Assembly: GCA_002305195.1 (NCBI GenBank)
Contig: DBQK01000009.1
Location: 61,575-125,494 of the forward strand
Direction: 5' to 3'
DNA length: 63,920 nucleotides
Source of the DNA: Patescibacteria group bacterium UBA1396
GTDB lineage: Bacteria; Patescibacteriota; Microgenomatia; UBA1400; UBA1396
The notes under the pieces are model-generated. The model searched no databases and was not told the DNA's origin. It saw nothing but the letters and a program-made list of their open reading frames with translations. Positions 40,437-50,189 of this stretch are shown here, piece after piece (within the stretch, counting starts at the first letter, position 1; each line of letters begins with the position of its first letter). The position numbers and the translations under genes are program-made.

Positions 40437-42327
40437 TTAGCCTTAATTTTGCTTGGTATTGTTTTTCAAGGGTGGCCACAACTTTATCACGAATAGGCCG
40501 GACTGTGTCAAGGCTAATTGCTTGCTGAGGATCATGGTAGGTAAGTTTTATAAAGACTGACTTTTGGCCGTCAATTAATTGAGGTTCTTCGCCAAGTTTA
40601 ACCTGATATATTAATTGACTAACTTTTTTGATAGTGTCTAGGAGGTCTCCAACCTGAATTTCGACCGGCACCAACAAAGATAAGTCCTGAAAGATTACTT
40701 GTGGTGGAGAGGTTAAAACTTGAGTTGTCTTGGTCTCTTGGCTTTTTAATAGAGTATCCAGATCAAGTTGAGCTACGTATCCAGAGGAAAAATCAACTAC
40801 TTTTTCAATTGAGTAACAGGTAGAGTCTGGTTGATAACCAAGCCTAATGATCATCTCCTCAATGTCACCTTTTATTTGTCGATAACGAGCATCATTACCA
40901 AGAGCAATTACGCCAACAACATTCTTTTCAAGATACTGATCATCTGATCGATAATAAATTTTACCTACTTCAAAAATCTTTATGTGGCTATAGTGATGTT
41001 TGCGACGATAATTGGTACCTCGGACAAGCATTGGGATTAAGCTAGTGCGCAACATCCTTTTTTCACTAGTAAGTGAATTTTCCAGTATTACCGGTTCTAA
41101 AACGGGGTTTTGTTCATCGGTTAGTGGCTCGGTTATTTGCTCGTGATATCCCAGTCCAACTAGATAATCTCTGATTTTTTCACTGATGATGTAATTTTTT
41201 GATTGAATATCCTGAGGTGGAGGCGCTGCGGGCAAGTCTTCCGGAATTCTATCGTATCCGTATATCCGTAAAACTTCTTCTACCAAATCAGCTTCTTGCT
41301 CAATGTCGGTTCTAAAATAAGGTACATTAATTGTTAAAGTATCGTTGCCAGTTTGATCTGCCGGCAAATGAACTTTAGCTAAAAGTTCTTTGGTCTGATC
41401 AGCTGAGAAATCAATACCGGCAATCTGGTTAAGATAACTTAAGCGTAAATTAACTTTGTTTTCTGGAATAACTGTGGGGTAATTATCGACTTGTCCAACT
41501 AGTTCGCCCTCGGCCAGCTCGGTCAATAGTTGAGCTACTCTGGCTAAAGCTAGCTGAGTTAACTTGGGATGTAAGAATTTTTCCAGACGTGTGGAGGCTT
41601 CGGTGCGTAGATTGTGGCGTAGCGAGGAGCGTCTCACAGTAGCTTGGTAATAGTTGGCTGCTTCGACAACAATCGTAGTAGTGTTGTTGTTAACAGAGCT
41701 TGCCTCACCGCCGATGACGCCGGCCAGCGCCAGCGGGCGCTGGCCGCTAGCAATAATCAAATCATCCTCCACTAGAGCAATGGATTTGTTGCCTAAAACG
41801 GTTAGTATCTCGCCTTTGGCAGCTTGTCTAACAACAAAACGTTCTCCATCAATTTTTTCCAGATCAAAAGCGTGAAGTGGTTGTCCTGATTCCACCATTA
41901 CAAAGTTAGTAATATCAACCACATTATTAATCGGTTTAATACCATAAGCAGTTAATCTTTTTTTAAGCCAATCTGGCGACGGACCAACCTTAAGATTTTT
42001 AAAGGTTAAGGTTTGGAAGCGAAAACACAATTTTGGATCGGTTATTTCAACCGTAACACTGCCTGATTTATCGGTGAGCTCTGCTTCGTAAGCAGCCGGT
42101 AATTTTAGTTGGCGGCCGCTTACAGCGGCCGCCTCCCTGGCTATACCAAGCATCGACAAACAATCTGAACGATTTTGTCTAACCTCCAAGTCGTAAACTA
42201 GATCTCCCTCAATATCTTGAGGTGGGCCGTCTTGCATATGGCCAATAGCGGTCAAATCTGCCATCAACTTTTCTGCCTGACCATCAACTTCAACATAATC
42301 GTTAAGCCAACTTAAAGGAACCTTCAT
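40429..42327 (-). CDS. pheT: Phenylalanyl-tRNA synthetase beta subunit, short form
   Basis: NRSDCLS, NNVVDITN, GQPLHAFD, RTDIEQEADLVEE; OB-fold (B2) domain absent. Confidence 0.93.
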   Translation of the reverse strand: MKVPLSWLNDYVEVDGQAEKLMADLTAIGHMQDGPPQDIEGDLVYDLEVRQNRSDCLSMLGIAREAAAVSGRQLKLPAAYEAELTDKSGSVTVEITDPKLCFRFQTLTFKNLKVGPSPDWLKKRLTAYGIKPINNVVDITNFVMVESGQPLHAFDLEKIDGERFVVRQAAKGEILTVLGNKSIALVEDDLIIASGQRPLALAGVIGGEASSVNNNTTTIVVEAANYYQATVRRSSLRHNLRTEASTRLEKFLHPKLTQLALARVAQLLTELAEGELVGQVDNYPTVIPENKVNLRLSYLNQIAGIDFSADQTKELLAKVHLPADQTGNDTLTINVPYFRTDIEQEADLVEEVLRIYGYDRIPEDLPAAPPPQDIQSKNYIISEKIRDYLVGLGYHEQITEPLTDEQNPVLEPVILENSLTSEKRMLRTSLIPMLVRGTNYRRKHHYSHIKIFEVGKIYYRSDDQYLEKNVVGVIALGNDARYRQIKGDIEEMIIRLGYQPDSTCYSIEKVVDFSSGYVAQLDLDTLLKSQETKTTQVLTSPPQVIFQDLSLLVPVEIQVGDLLDTIKKVSQLIYQVKLGEEPQLIDGQKSVFIKLTYHDPQQAISLDTVRPIRDKVVATLEKQYQAKLRLNE

Positions 42328-43352
42328 GCTATCTCCTCAATCACTAATTCACCGTTATATAACTTACGCACATCGCTGATACCGTATTTAAGCATTACGA
42401 GCCTATCAAAGCCCATGCCAAAAGCGAAACCAGACCATTTATTGGTATCAACTTTACAAGCTTTTAATGTATTAGGGTGTACCATCCCGGCTCCCAACAC
42501 TTCAATCCAGCCTCGGTGCTTACACACGGGACAGCCCTTTCCACCGCAGAACGTGCATTGAATATCCATCCCGGCTCCTGGTTCAACTTGAGGGTAATAT
42601 TTGCATCTAAAACGTGTTTTGACTTCTTCTCCATATAAAAATTTTGCGAGGGCAACTAAAGTACCTTTTAAAGACGACATATTAATATTTTTATCCACCA
42701 CTAAACCCTCATACTGATAAAACATTGAGTTATTGGTCGTATTGGTAGTTTCATTACGATAAACCTTGCCAGGCACAACAATTCGAAGCGGTAATTTTTC
42801 ATTTAACATTGCCCTAATCTCAACCGAAGAAGTATGTGTCCTTAACAAGTAATCCGGTTCTTTAATATACAGAGTGTCAGCTAGATCGCGAGCGGGATGA
42901 TCTAGAGGTAAATTCAATTTAGCAAAGTTGTTATCATCGGTTTCGATTTCTGGTCCTTCATACACGCTATAACCTAAATAGCGAAAAAAAGAGTTAACTT
43001 GCCTCATTACCTGAGTTGAGGGGTGTAAAAATCCGGTTTGTGGTCTGATTCCAGGCAAACTTGTATCCGTTTGATCAAGCTCTTTTGTTCCTGACTGTTC
43101 AAGTTCTTTTTTACGAGTTGTTAGAACCTGTTGAATTTCTGTTTTAACTTGATTAATAACTCGTCCCAATTGCTGTCTATCCTCTAAAACCAGCTTTTTT
43201 AATTCTTTTGACTGCTGATTAAGCTCACCTTTTCTGCCAAGGTACTGAACCTTAGCTTTGTTTAAGTCATCGGAGGATGAAATTTTTTCAATATCGGATA
43301 AGGCTTTATCCCTAATTTGATTTAATTTAGTTATTTTTAGATCGATATTCAT
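42324..43352 (-). CDS. pheS: Phenylalanyl-tRNA synthetase alpha subunit
   Basis: HPARD, LRTHTS, WIEVLGAGMVHP, FAFGMGFDRL. Confidence 0.97.
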   Translation of the reverse strand: MNIDLKITKLNQIRDKALSDIEKISSSDDLNKAKVQYLGRKGELNQQSKELKKLVLEDRQQLGRVINQVKTEIQQVLTTRKKELEQSGTKELDQTDTSLPGIRPQTGFLHPSTQVMRQVNSFFRYLGYSVYEGPEIETDDNNFAKLNLPLDHPARDLADTLYIKEPDYLLRTHTSSVEIRAMLNEKLPLRIVVPGKVYRNETTNTTNNSMFYQYEGLVVDKNINMSSLKGTLVALAKFLYGEEVKTRFRCKYYPQVEPGAGMDIQCTFCGGKGCPVCKHRGWIEVLGAGMVHPNTLKACKVDTNKWSGFAFGMGFDRLVMLKYGISDVRKLYNGELVIEEIA

Positions 43353-43390
43353 AGAGTCATTATAGCTTTCTTGTTTCGGCTTTTTTTACT

Positions 43391-43416
43391 AAAAAACCCT
43401 CCTGGTTAGGAGGGTT
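43391..43416 (-). terminator. Intrinsic terminator after the pspC pair
   Basis: AACCCTCCT-aacc-AGGAGGGTT followed by a T-run on the minus strand. Confidence 0.75.
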
Positions 43417-43436
43417 GTACTTACAGACTACCCTCC

Positions 43437-43808
43437 CTACTGGTTAAAGAAAAAGAAGGTAGAATTGAAGTTTTTATTCACCATAGCTAAATAATTATAC
43501 CAGGACTCCGGTAATGGTGCCCGACTGTTTAAAAGCAGATAAATTAGTAAACCTCCAAAAACAACTAAACTGATTATTAATGTTAACAACCTACCAAGCC
43601 AAGAATCTCCTAACAACCAGCTAGTTCCCAGCAAAATTAATAACATCGGCCACAACTGCCAAATCTGCGGCCAGATACTCTTATCTAGCCAGCCAAAATT
43701 GTTGAGTAAAAAAACGATGCCTAAAAAAATTAGTAAAAAGGCCAAGATAATTTCGCCTGAATTCGGCTTATCTCTTTTTAAATGGTGATTAGAAATAGGC
43801 TTTTCCAT
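43437..43808 (-). CDS. DUF5668 / LiaF-like membrane protein
   Basis: LGIVFLLNNFG...WQLWPMLLILLG. Confidence 0.75.
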   Translation of the reverse strand: MEKPISNHHLKRDKPNSGEIILAFLLIFLGIVFLLNNFGWLDKSIWPQIWQLWPMLLILLGTSWLLGDSWLGRLLTLIISLVVFGGLLIYLLLNSRAPLPESWYNYLAMVNKNFNSTFFFFNQ

Positions 43809-43809
43809 A

Positions 43810-44250
43810 TTATTTTTTTGTTAGCAGTGAAATTCCGATAATCACTAGTATTAGAGGCCAGAAGTGTTGTAACCGAATAAAGGTAAAGTTATCTAAAAAG
43901 AAAATTAAACCTAGAAAAATTAAAATTAAACCTAACCACTTTTTCGAGTTACTACCTTTGTATGTAGTTTCAACATCTTCGGCAATATTTTTGGCTTTTT
44001 GGCCTATTTCTTCGACATTGGTTTTAACGGTTTTGTCAGTAGGCTGATCAACTCGCGATTCTGCCGGCAAGACTAGCCACAACAAAATGTATAGCGGAAT
44101 ACCGGCTCCACCAAAAACTGTTAAAAAAATGAAAATAATTCGAATTAATACAGGGTCTATTTCAAAGTAATCTCCTAGACCAGCCGAAACCCCAGCTAAA
44201 ACCTGATCTTTTTCACTTCGATATAGTTTTTTTGGTCCCACTGTGGCCAT
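43810..44250 (-). CDS. PspC domain protein fused to DUF5668-like TM segment
   Basis: KLYRSEKDQVLAGVSAGLGDYF.IDP..IR; YILLWLVLP. Confidence 0.9.
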   Translation of the reverse strand: MATVGPKKLYRSEKDQVLAGVSAGLGDYFEIDPVLIRIIFIFLTVFGGAGIPLYILLWLVLPAESRVDQPTDKTVKTNVEEIGQKAKNIAEDVETTYKGSNSKKWLGLILIFLGLIFFLDNFTFIRLQHFWPLILVIIGISLLTKK

Positions 44251-44311
44251 AATGATTCCAATCTAAACAATTTTCTTGTTGCTATTTACAAGGCTTTTTT
44301 CTTTATTATTG

Positions 44312-45160
44312 TTACTGGTTGATAATTTTTCTCAGCCAACCGAAAAGGCTGAAGGAATTCGCAACTTCATTAATTCTGGTGTCAATGCTTTGTTGTTGTT
44401 CCTCCAGAGCGATTAAGGTTTCTTCTATTATGGCTTGTAACTCTGGGTCATCGGTTTTATTTTGTAGTTCTTGGAGAGCTAAAATTCTTTCTTGACTTCT
44501 TTCCTGATGTGTTTTTAAAGCTTCTAGCGCTCTGGGATTGGGACCTAGAATTGCTTTGACTATTGTTCCATCAGATTCTAGCTCACTAACAACTTCAGAA
44601 ATTTGGGTTTGGGTTTGACCCTGCTCGGAAGCGATGACTCTTATTTCTTGGTGAATTTCTCCATTATCATCGGTTACTTCTAGTAGGACTTTGACCTGTT
44701 CTCCAGCAGTCTGAATTCGATTGTTAATTCTGGCTTCTGTCTGATTCTCTTCACCTTCTTTAGCCAATAACTCCTTAACGAACTCTTGTCGTTGTTGGAT
44801 TCGCTCCTCCACCCTATTTTGCATTTCGGTCATCGATTCCTGCATTTGTTGTTGATTCTGTTCCATTTCCTTTCTTCTTTGCTCCAACTCTTCTCTTTTT
44901 TGTTCTAGAGCTTCTATACGGTTTGCAGCTTGGGTTTGATTTTGAGTTGGCAGATATGTTGGAAGGTCCTGTGGTTCTGGCATTGCCGGTTGCTGTTTTT
45001 CTGGTTGTTGCGCCTGCTGAGAATTATTTTGACTAGGCATAATGACAGAGTCTTTTGGAGCCACCATTGTTGGTCGATTCTGTGCTTGAGCTTGACTGGA
45101 AACCGATGCAACCAAATACATCAGTGCTACTAGCCAAATTAACCTCTTTTTATTATCCAT
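44312..45160 (-). CDS. Secreted Gln/Glu-rich coiled-coil protein
   Basis: Signal peptide, Q/P-rich linker, long heptad regions, FSLFGWL tail. Confidence 0.7.
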   Translation of the reverse strand: MDNKKRLIWLVALMYLVASVSSQAQAQNRPTMVAPKDSVIMPSQNNSQQAQQPEKQQPAMPEPQDLPTYLPTQNQTQAANRIEALEQKREELEQRRKEMEQNQQQMQESMTEMQNRVEERIQQRQEFVKELLAKEGEENQTEARINNRIQTAGEQVKVLLEVTDDNGEIHQEIRVIASEQGQTQTQISEVVSELESDGTIVKAILGPNPRALEALKTHQERSQERILALQELQNKTDDPELQAIIEETLIALEEQQQSIDTRINEVANSFSLFGWLRKIINQ

Positions 45161-45196
45161 AATGCCTCCTTCTTTAATTAAGAATTACTTATTAAC

Positions 45197-45898
45197 TTAG
45201 CAGTTTTTTTGATGTCCCTCAATGATGGCCAGGCCTCGCACTTTAACAGGATCGGTTTGATGACCATTTTGCCAAACCGAAACTTCAAACTGATGTTGAG
45301 TCAAAAACTCAACAATTGGTAATAAATGATTATCTGATCGGCCATGAAACTCAACAAACATATGCTTAACCTGTCTAATGGTTGAGCCAGTGGCTAATAA
45401 AACATCTTGCTCAACGCCCTCAATATCCATTTTTAGAAGATCAATCGGTTTTTGTAGGAATTCTCTTAATGGTACTGATGGTACGGAAATAGGTTTACCT
45501 GGCTGGGTGTTGGCCCAGCCTTTTGAGTGCAGGCTAGCGGTTGAATTCCAGTGATCTTCTGTGGGGTCAATATATAGTGATATTCGTCCAGTCTGAGTTG
45601 ATAGCGCCACTGGCTCGATTGTGATATCTGTTAATTGATTAGTGTTAATGTTTTCTTGAAGATAAATGACAGTGTCAGGATTGGGTTCGATAGCAATAAC
45701 TTTTGCTGTTGGCCAGGCTTGTTTGAAGTATAAAGTACTCAAGCCAATGTGAGCACCGGCATCGATAATTGTTGGCGATTCAAAATCTTTATCAAGATAA
45801 TAATGGTGTTGAGAAAAAATCTCTCTTTTTAGCTGATGAAATTCGGTGGAATTGGGAAAAGTAACCACAAACTTCCCAAGTTTGGCAGAATTCTTCAT
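45197..45898 (-). CDS. FkbM family methyltransferase
   Basis: IIDAGAHIG, AIEPN, LKMDIEGVE. Confidence 0.9.
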   Translation of the reverse strand: MKNSAKLGKFVVTFPNSTEFHQLKREIFSQHHYYLDKDFESPTIIDAGAHIGLSTLYFKQAWPTAKVIAIEPNPDTVIYLQENINTNQLTDITIEPVALSTQTGRISLYIDPTEDHWNSTASLHSKGWANTQPGKPISVPSVPLREFLQKPIDLLKMDIEGVEQDVLLATGSTIRQVKHMFVEFHGRSDNHLLPIVEFLTQHQFEVSVWQNGHQTDPVKVRGLAIIEGHQKNC

Positions 45899-45983
45899 AT
45901 AAAATATAAACTCCCATTTGCACCAACCGAACTTACCTGTCTAATTTTACAGGGGTAAAAACTCAACCAATTTTTGGTTCTGA

Positions 45984-46298
45984 CTAGAAATTTAACTTTT
46001 CGGCGTATTGACCAATGATGGGTAGAGGTTTCTCCTCACCATTCAGAGCGTTAATAATGCCCATTAACAAGAGAATCAATATTCCAACTCCCATGACAAA
46101 ACTAATCGCCCAACCCAATACAGGTACCTGGCCAATAATCACCGAAACCAACCAACCAATTAATAAAATAATTGCTTGCTTAACGTGAAATTTGACAAAT
46201 GGATCATTTTTAGCATCGGTGAGTAGTGGAACAAAGAATAATAGATAGGCAACTACAGCCATACCGGTATTTTTTTTAGCGCTACTTTCTTTAGCCAT
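45984..46298 (-). CDS. DUF4870 family small membrane protein
   Basis: FVKFHVKQA...KPLPIIG. Confidence 0.85.
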   Translation of the reverse strand: MAKESSAKKNTGMAVVAYLLFFVPLLTDAKNDPFVKFHVKQAIILLIGWLVSVIIGQVPVLGWAISFVMGVGILILLLMGIINALNGEEKPLPIIGQYAEKLNF

Positions 46299-46356
46299 AA
46301 ATCTCCTTTTTGTTTAGTATACGCTACCATTCGTAACAAAATAATAAGAAATTTAC

Positions 46357-47022
46357 TCAAAAAAGTTTGTTTAACTCAATCGGTTGCTTGACAACTTTAA
46401 CTGCCGAGGTTTGTAGTAAGGTTTTAAAAGAGTTTAAACCCCAACTAACGCCAACAAAACAGACTCCGGCTTTCTTGGCAGCCTGAGCGTCTCTAACTTC
46501 GTCGCCTATATAAACAACTTCCGATTTTAGCCAGTTGTTTTGTTTTACCAAATTAATAAGTTTTTCATTCTTTTTAAACAAATCTGGCTCTGAAGAGATT
46601 AATGAAAAATAGCTTAATAAGTTATGTTGATTTAAAAACTCTTGTACGTACTCGCCAGAATTAGAGGTAACGATACCTAGCTGATAATTATGTTGGTATA
46701 GATTCATTATCACTTTATCGATATCAGCAACTATGGGTGGAATCGGTTTAGTTTTTAAAAGCTCTCTGGCTTCTGATAGCAATTGTGGTAATCTCCACCA
46801 TGGTATTTTCATCCAATTGATAAGTTGCCTAACGCTATAGTCGCGCAATTTGGAAATTTCATCTTGTCGAATGATTGTGCCACCATATTTTTTTGCCAGG
46901 AAATTATAAATTTCTAATTGATTTAAGATGGAGTCGGCTAATGTCCCATCAAAATCAAATAAGATGATTTTTGTTTGTTGAAATTGGTTTTTTTGAATAC
47001 CTGCCGATTTAATTTGAGACAT
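46357..47022 (-). CDS. HAD-IA family phosphatase
   Basis: FDFDGTLADS, IVTSN, YIGDEVRD. Confidence 0.9.
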   Translation of the reverse strand: MSQIKSAGIQKNQFQQTKIILFDFDGTLADSILNQLEIYNFLAKKYGGTIIRQDEISKLRDYSVRQLINWMKIPWWRLPQLLSEARELLKTKPIPPIVADIDKVIMNLYQHNYQLGIVTSNSGEYVQEFLNQHNLLSYFSLISSEPDLFKKNEKLINLVKQNNWLKSEVVYIGDEVRDAQAAKKAGVCFVGVSWGLNSFKTLLQTSAVKVVKQPIELNKLF

Positions 47023-47088
47023 AACCCAACAATGGATTGTTTCACTTTCTAATCAAACCAAGAAATTATCTCTTTGTAATATTTGGTG

Positions 47089-48072
47089 TTAAGCAGAATC
47101 AAGGGGCTTAACTTTTTTGGCTTTAAGTCGCCTAATAAACCAGATCACTGCTCCGATTGCGAGAATTGGAGATAAAATAATTATGGTTTTCAATCCCACA
47201 ATCAGAAGTTCCTGATACAGATTAATGGTATTGCGAACCGAGATTTTAATTTCTTCCCAAATAGAGTCACGTTCTGGATCAACAATTGGCAAGGCAGATT
47301 CTTGGGTAGCAATCTCAATCTGGATAACAGCCATAGCTTCTGAGCTTTCCAGATTTGTTTTTTGCGCCGTGAGTCTTTCAATTTGAGTTCTAGTTTGACT
47401 TAATTCTCGTTGTACCTGCAAAGTTTCTTCAACGGTTTTAGCCTCCTCCATCAAGGTGAGAAGGCGCGATTCAGAAGCTTGTAGATTTCTTAATTGGGCG
47501 TCGATATCTACTATTCGCTCAGTCTGATCACTAGCAGAAACCGACTCGTGAGTAACTTTAACTGCAAGGTCGCGAATGTGGTTCAAGGCTTCATCAAGCC
47601 TATCGACTGGGATGCGAACAGTTAGACTGGCGTGAATGTCCCCTCCAGTCATACTAGTCTCATAAATATTAGAATTGGTAACTAAGCCATCAATTGTGCC
47701 AACAAATTCATTAATTTTGTTGACCATATCTCTGGTATTTTCGGCTGTTAAGTTTAGATTGGCGGTTTTAACGATAAGGCGATTTTCGGACATCACAAAG
47801 CCGCTGTCTGGAGCTGGTTCAGGCAAGATCATAGTATTACCATTATTACCAAAACCAACTGCAACTCCGGCTTGAGGTTCATAGCTGTTTGGTAAGGGCT
47901 TGCTGTCAACATCTTCTGCCAGAAAAGACTCGGCTCGCATTGTGGAAGTACTTGGCATTTGAGTCTGAGGATTTGCTTGATGGCGAAGTTCTAAAACCGA
48001 CATCGAGAATAATCCTAAGAGTGGCAAACCAATTATTAAAAGCAAAAAAGATAAAACAACAATTTTTTTCAT
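47089..48072 (-). CDS. DUF4349 domain protein
   Basis: IVKTANLNL, LTVRIP, ERIVDIDAQL coiled coil; TM segments at both ends. Confidence 0.85.
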   Translation of the reverse strand: MKKIVVLSFLLLIIGLPLLGLFSMSVLELRHQANPQTQMPSTSTMRAESFLAEDVDSKPLPNSYEPQAGVAVGFGNNGNTMILPEPAPDSGFVMSENRLIVKTANLNLTAENTRDMVNKINEFVGTIDGLVTNSNIYETSMTGGDIHASLTVRIPVDRLDEALNHIRDLAVKVTHESVSASDQTERIVDIDAQLRNLQASESRLLTLMEEAKTVEETLQVQRELSQTRTQIERLTAQKTNLESSEAMAVIQIEIATQESALPIVDPERDSIWEEIKISVRNTINLYQELLIVGLKTIIILSPILAIGAVIWFIRRLKAKKVKPLDSA

Positions 48073-48179
48073 ACAACTCAGTATACCCTAATTAAAGTTA
48101 GTCTCAATCAGAAACAGGTGGTATTTAAGAAATTAGTCAAGGCAAATCGAATTTAGCGCTGCAGCGACTTTTTTATAAG

Positions 48180-48680
48180 TTACTCAACAATTAATTTGCC
48201 AACCATTCCCATTTGTCGATGATTGCCAACGCTGCAGTAAAACTCGTATTCGCCTGACTGGCTAGTGTCGAGCGTAACGGTCTCGGTTTGGCCAGCGGTT
48301 AGCACTTGTGTTTTTACATCAAGTTCATCGATTACAAAATCATGCATTCCCTCCTGGATTTCCAGTTTGATTTCTACTTTTTCGCCTTGTTTAACTCTGA
48401 TTTCTGAAGGAGTGTAAGCATAATTAGCAGCCATGACAACAATTGTTTTAACAGACTCGTTCTCGGTCATTATAAATTCGGTGTTGTTGTTTGGATCCAT
48501 AGCGTCAGTTGTTGGAGTAGAAATATTGGTTGTCGCCGGCGGTGTGGTGGCAATGGTTGGTGATGCGGTTGAACCGTTGCTTGATTCTTCTTGTAACGCC
48601 TGAGCCAAAACCAGCCCGCCGGCGACAACCAAAAAAATTAGCAATAAAATTTTGAGATTGTTTGACATAACAAGGAGCAT
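48180..48680 (-). CDS. Membrane-anchored cupredoxin (type 1 copper)
   Basis: MHDF and YCSVGNHRQMGM supply the His/Cys/His/Met ligand set. Confidence 0.88.
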   Translation of the reverse strand: MLLVMSNNLKILLLIFLVVAGGLVLAQALQEESSNGSTASPTIATTPPATTNISTPTTDAMDPNNNTEFIMTENESVKTIVVMAANYAYTPSEIRVKQGEKVEIKLEIQEGMHDFVIDELDVKTQVLTAGQTETVTLDTSQSGEYEFYCSVGNHRQMGMVGKLIVE

Positions 48681-48770
48681 TATTTTCGACGGGAGTAAAA
48701 ATTTAGTAAGATAAGTGCTAGAACTTTTACTAAATCAACAATGTGATTTACTTTTTAGTAGATTTTTATT

Positions 48771-50108
48771 TTATTCAAGATTGGCTGCGGCAGTAGCTGC
48801 TTCGATCTCGGAAATCTGCTGTTGTAGCCAGTTATGCAAAATTGTCCAGTTAGAAGTTACACTGGCTGAATCAATGGCGTTGCCAGAACTAGTCGATGTC
48901 GCAGAGTCGCTAAGAGTTTGTAAAGTCGAGTTGTTTTCGAGAATTTTTGCTTCATCAACAATTAAGGCAAATTGGCCGTTAATTCGAGCTTCTTTTAATG
49001 CGTTCTGGTCGTTAATCGACAAACTGGTAATTGAATAATCACTTAATTCTTCTGGTTTTTTAGCTGTTTCTAACAGCAGATCCCAAGGAATATCTGTTTT
49101 AACTTCATTTGCGATGTTTTCAATAAAGGGAATTAATCTTGGTAAGAAACTTATACTCAAGATTTTATTTTTAACCGCGATGATCAAACTTTTTTGCCGA
49201 TCTGATCTAGCAAAATCATTACCAGACTGGTTTGAGTGCCTGGAGCGAACATACTTAAGTGCCGTTATACCATCCATATGTGTTTTACCTTGATTAAAAT
49301 GCAAGGATTCATATCGACAAGGAAACTGTTGCTCCAATAAAAAGCCAGACATAGTTGCAGTAAGACTGGCTATCTCTTCATCTGTTTTATCACAAGGATT
49401 ATCTTCTTCTCCCTCAAGGGGATACCAGTCGTCAATAAAAGCATTAGTTACGTTGACATCAACTCCGCCCAGGATATCAATAGCCCTGGTAAAGCCTTGG
49501 AAGCTTACGGCTGCGTAGTAATCTACTGGCCAGCCAATTACGGTTGTGATGGTTTCTTTAGCCAGCTGGCCGCCGCCAGTTTCGCCAGCGAAGCGAGCTG
49601 ACTTATTGGGGTAACTTTTATCGTCACGACCAACCTGATATGCCAAATTAATCTTCCCACTTAATTGTTCATTATCCGCTAGCTGCATATTAACCCACAG
49701 ATCCCGGGGAATTGAGATTAAGGTTATTGTTTTAGTTTCTTCATTTAGACGGGCAACGATGATGGTATCGGTCAAATTGCCGCCCGCGTGAGTACCGCCG
49801 CCATAACCTAGTAGGGCGATGGTGGTAACGGGTGATTTTTCTTCAATTTGTTCAGTTTGTTCGACGCTAGTTGAATTCTCAGGTTGGTTTTGATTGGAAA
49901 TAAATATTTTATTAAATGAAGTAGTTAAAAAAATAAGCAAGAATACCAGTCCGCCAGTTAGTAAACCAAAAATAACAGCTAGGACTAATTTAATTGTTAA
50001 TTTTGGTCTTGGATTTTTAGAGATGCTATTAACCTGTAATTTTACGTCCTTAACATCAGGTGATGGCTCAAGTGATTTAATCAGCGGTTTCTTAGTCTGC
50101 TTAGTCAT
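48771..50108 (-). CDS. LCP (LytR-CpsA-Psr) family glycopolymer transferase
   Basis: TDTIIV, ISIPRD, KINLAY, YVRSRH, DFARSDRQ. Confidence 0.93.
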   Translation of the reverse strand: MTKQTKKPLIKSLEPSPDVKDVKLQVNSISKNPRPKLTIKLVLAVIFGLLTGGLVFLLIFLTTSFNKIFISNQNQPENSTSVEQTEQIEEKSPVTTIALLGYGGGTHAGGNLTDTIIVARLNEETKTITLISIPRDLWVNMQLADNEQLSGKINLAYQVGRDDKSYPNKSARFAGETGGGQLAKETITTVIGWPVDYYAAVSFQGFTRAIDILGGVDVNVTNAFIDDWYPLEGEEDNPCDKTDEEIASLTATMSGFLLEQQFPCRYESLHFNQGKTHMDGITALKYVRSRHSNQSGNDFARSDRQKSLIIAVKNKILSISFLPRLIPFIENIANEVKTDIPWDLLLETAKKPEELSDYSITSLSINDQNALKEARINGQFALIVDEAKILENNSTLQTLSDSATSTSSGNAIDSASVTSNWTILHNWLQQQISEIEAATAAANLE

Positions 50109-50189
50109 AAGTTAGGCTTCTTAATTATCAATATTATGAAACACTTGAGTATAGCATTGTCAGTTAGCTATACTCTCTGAAGGTTTAAG

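Noticed and set aside
43353-43436. T-box or other leader before pheS (and metG)
   Set aside because: Gap too short, no UGGNACC antiterminator; only the upstream terminator is present
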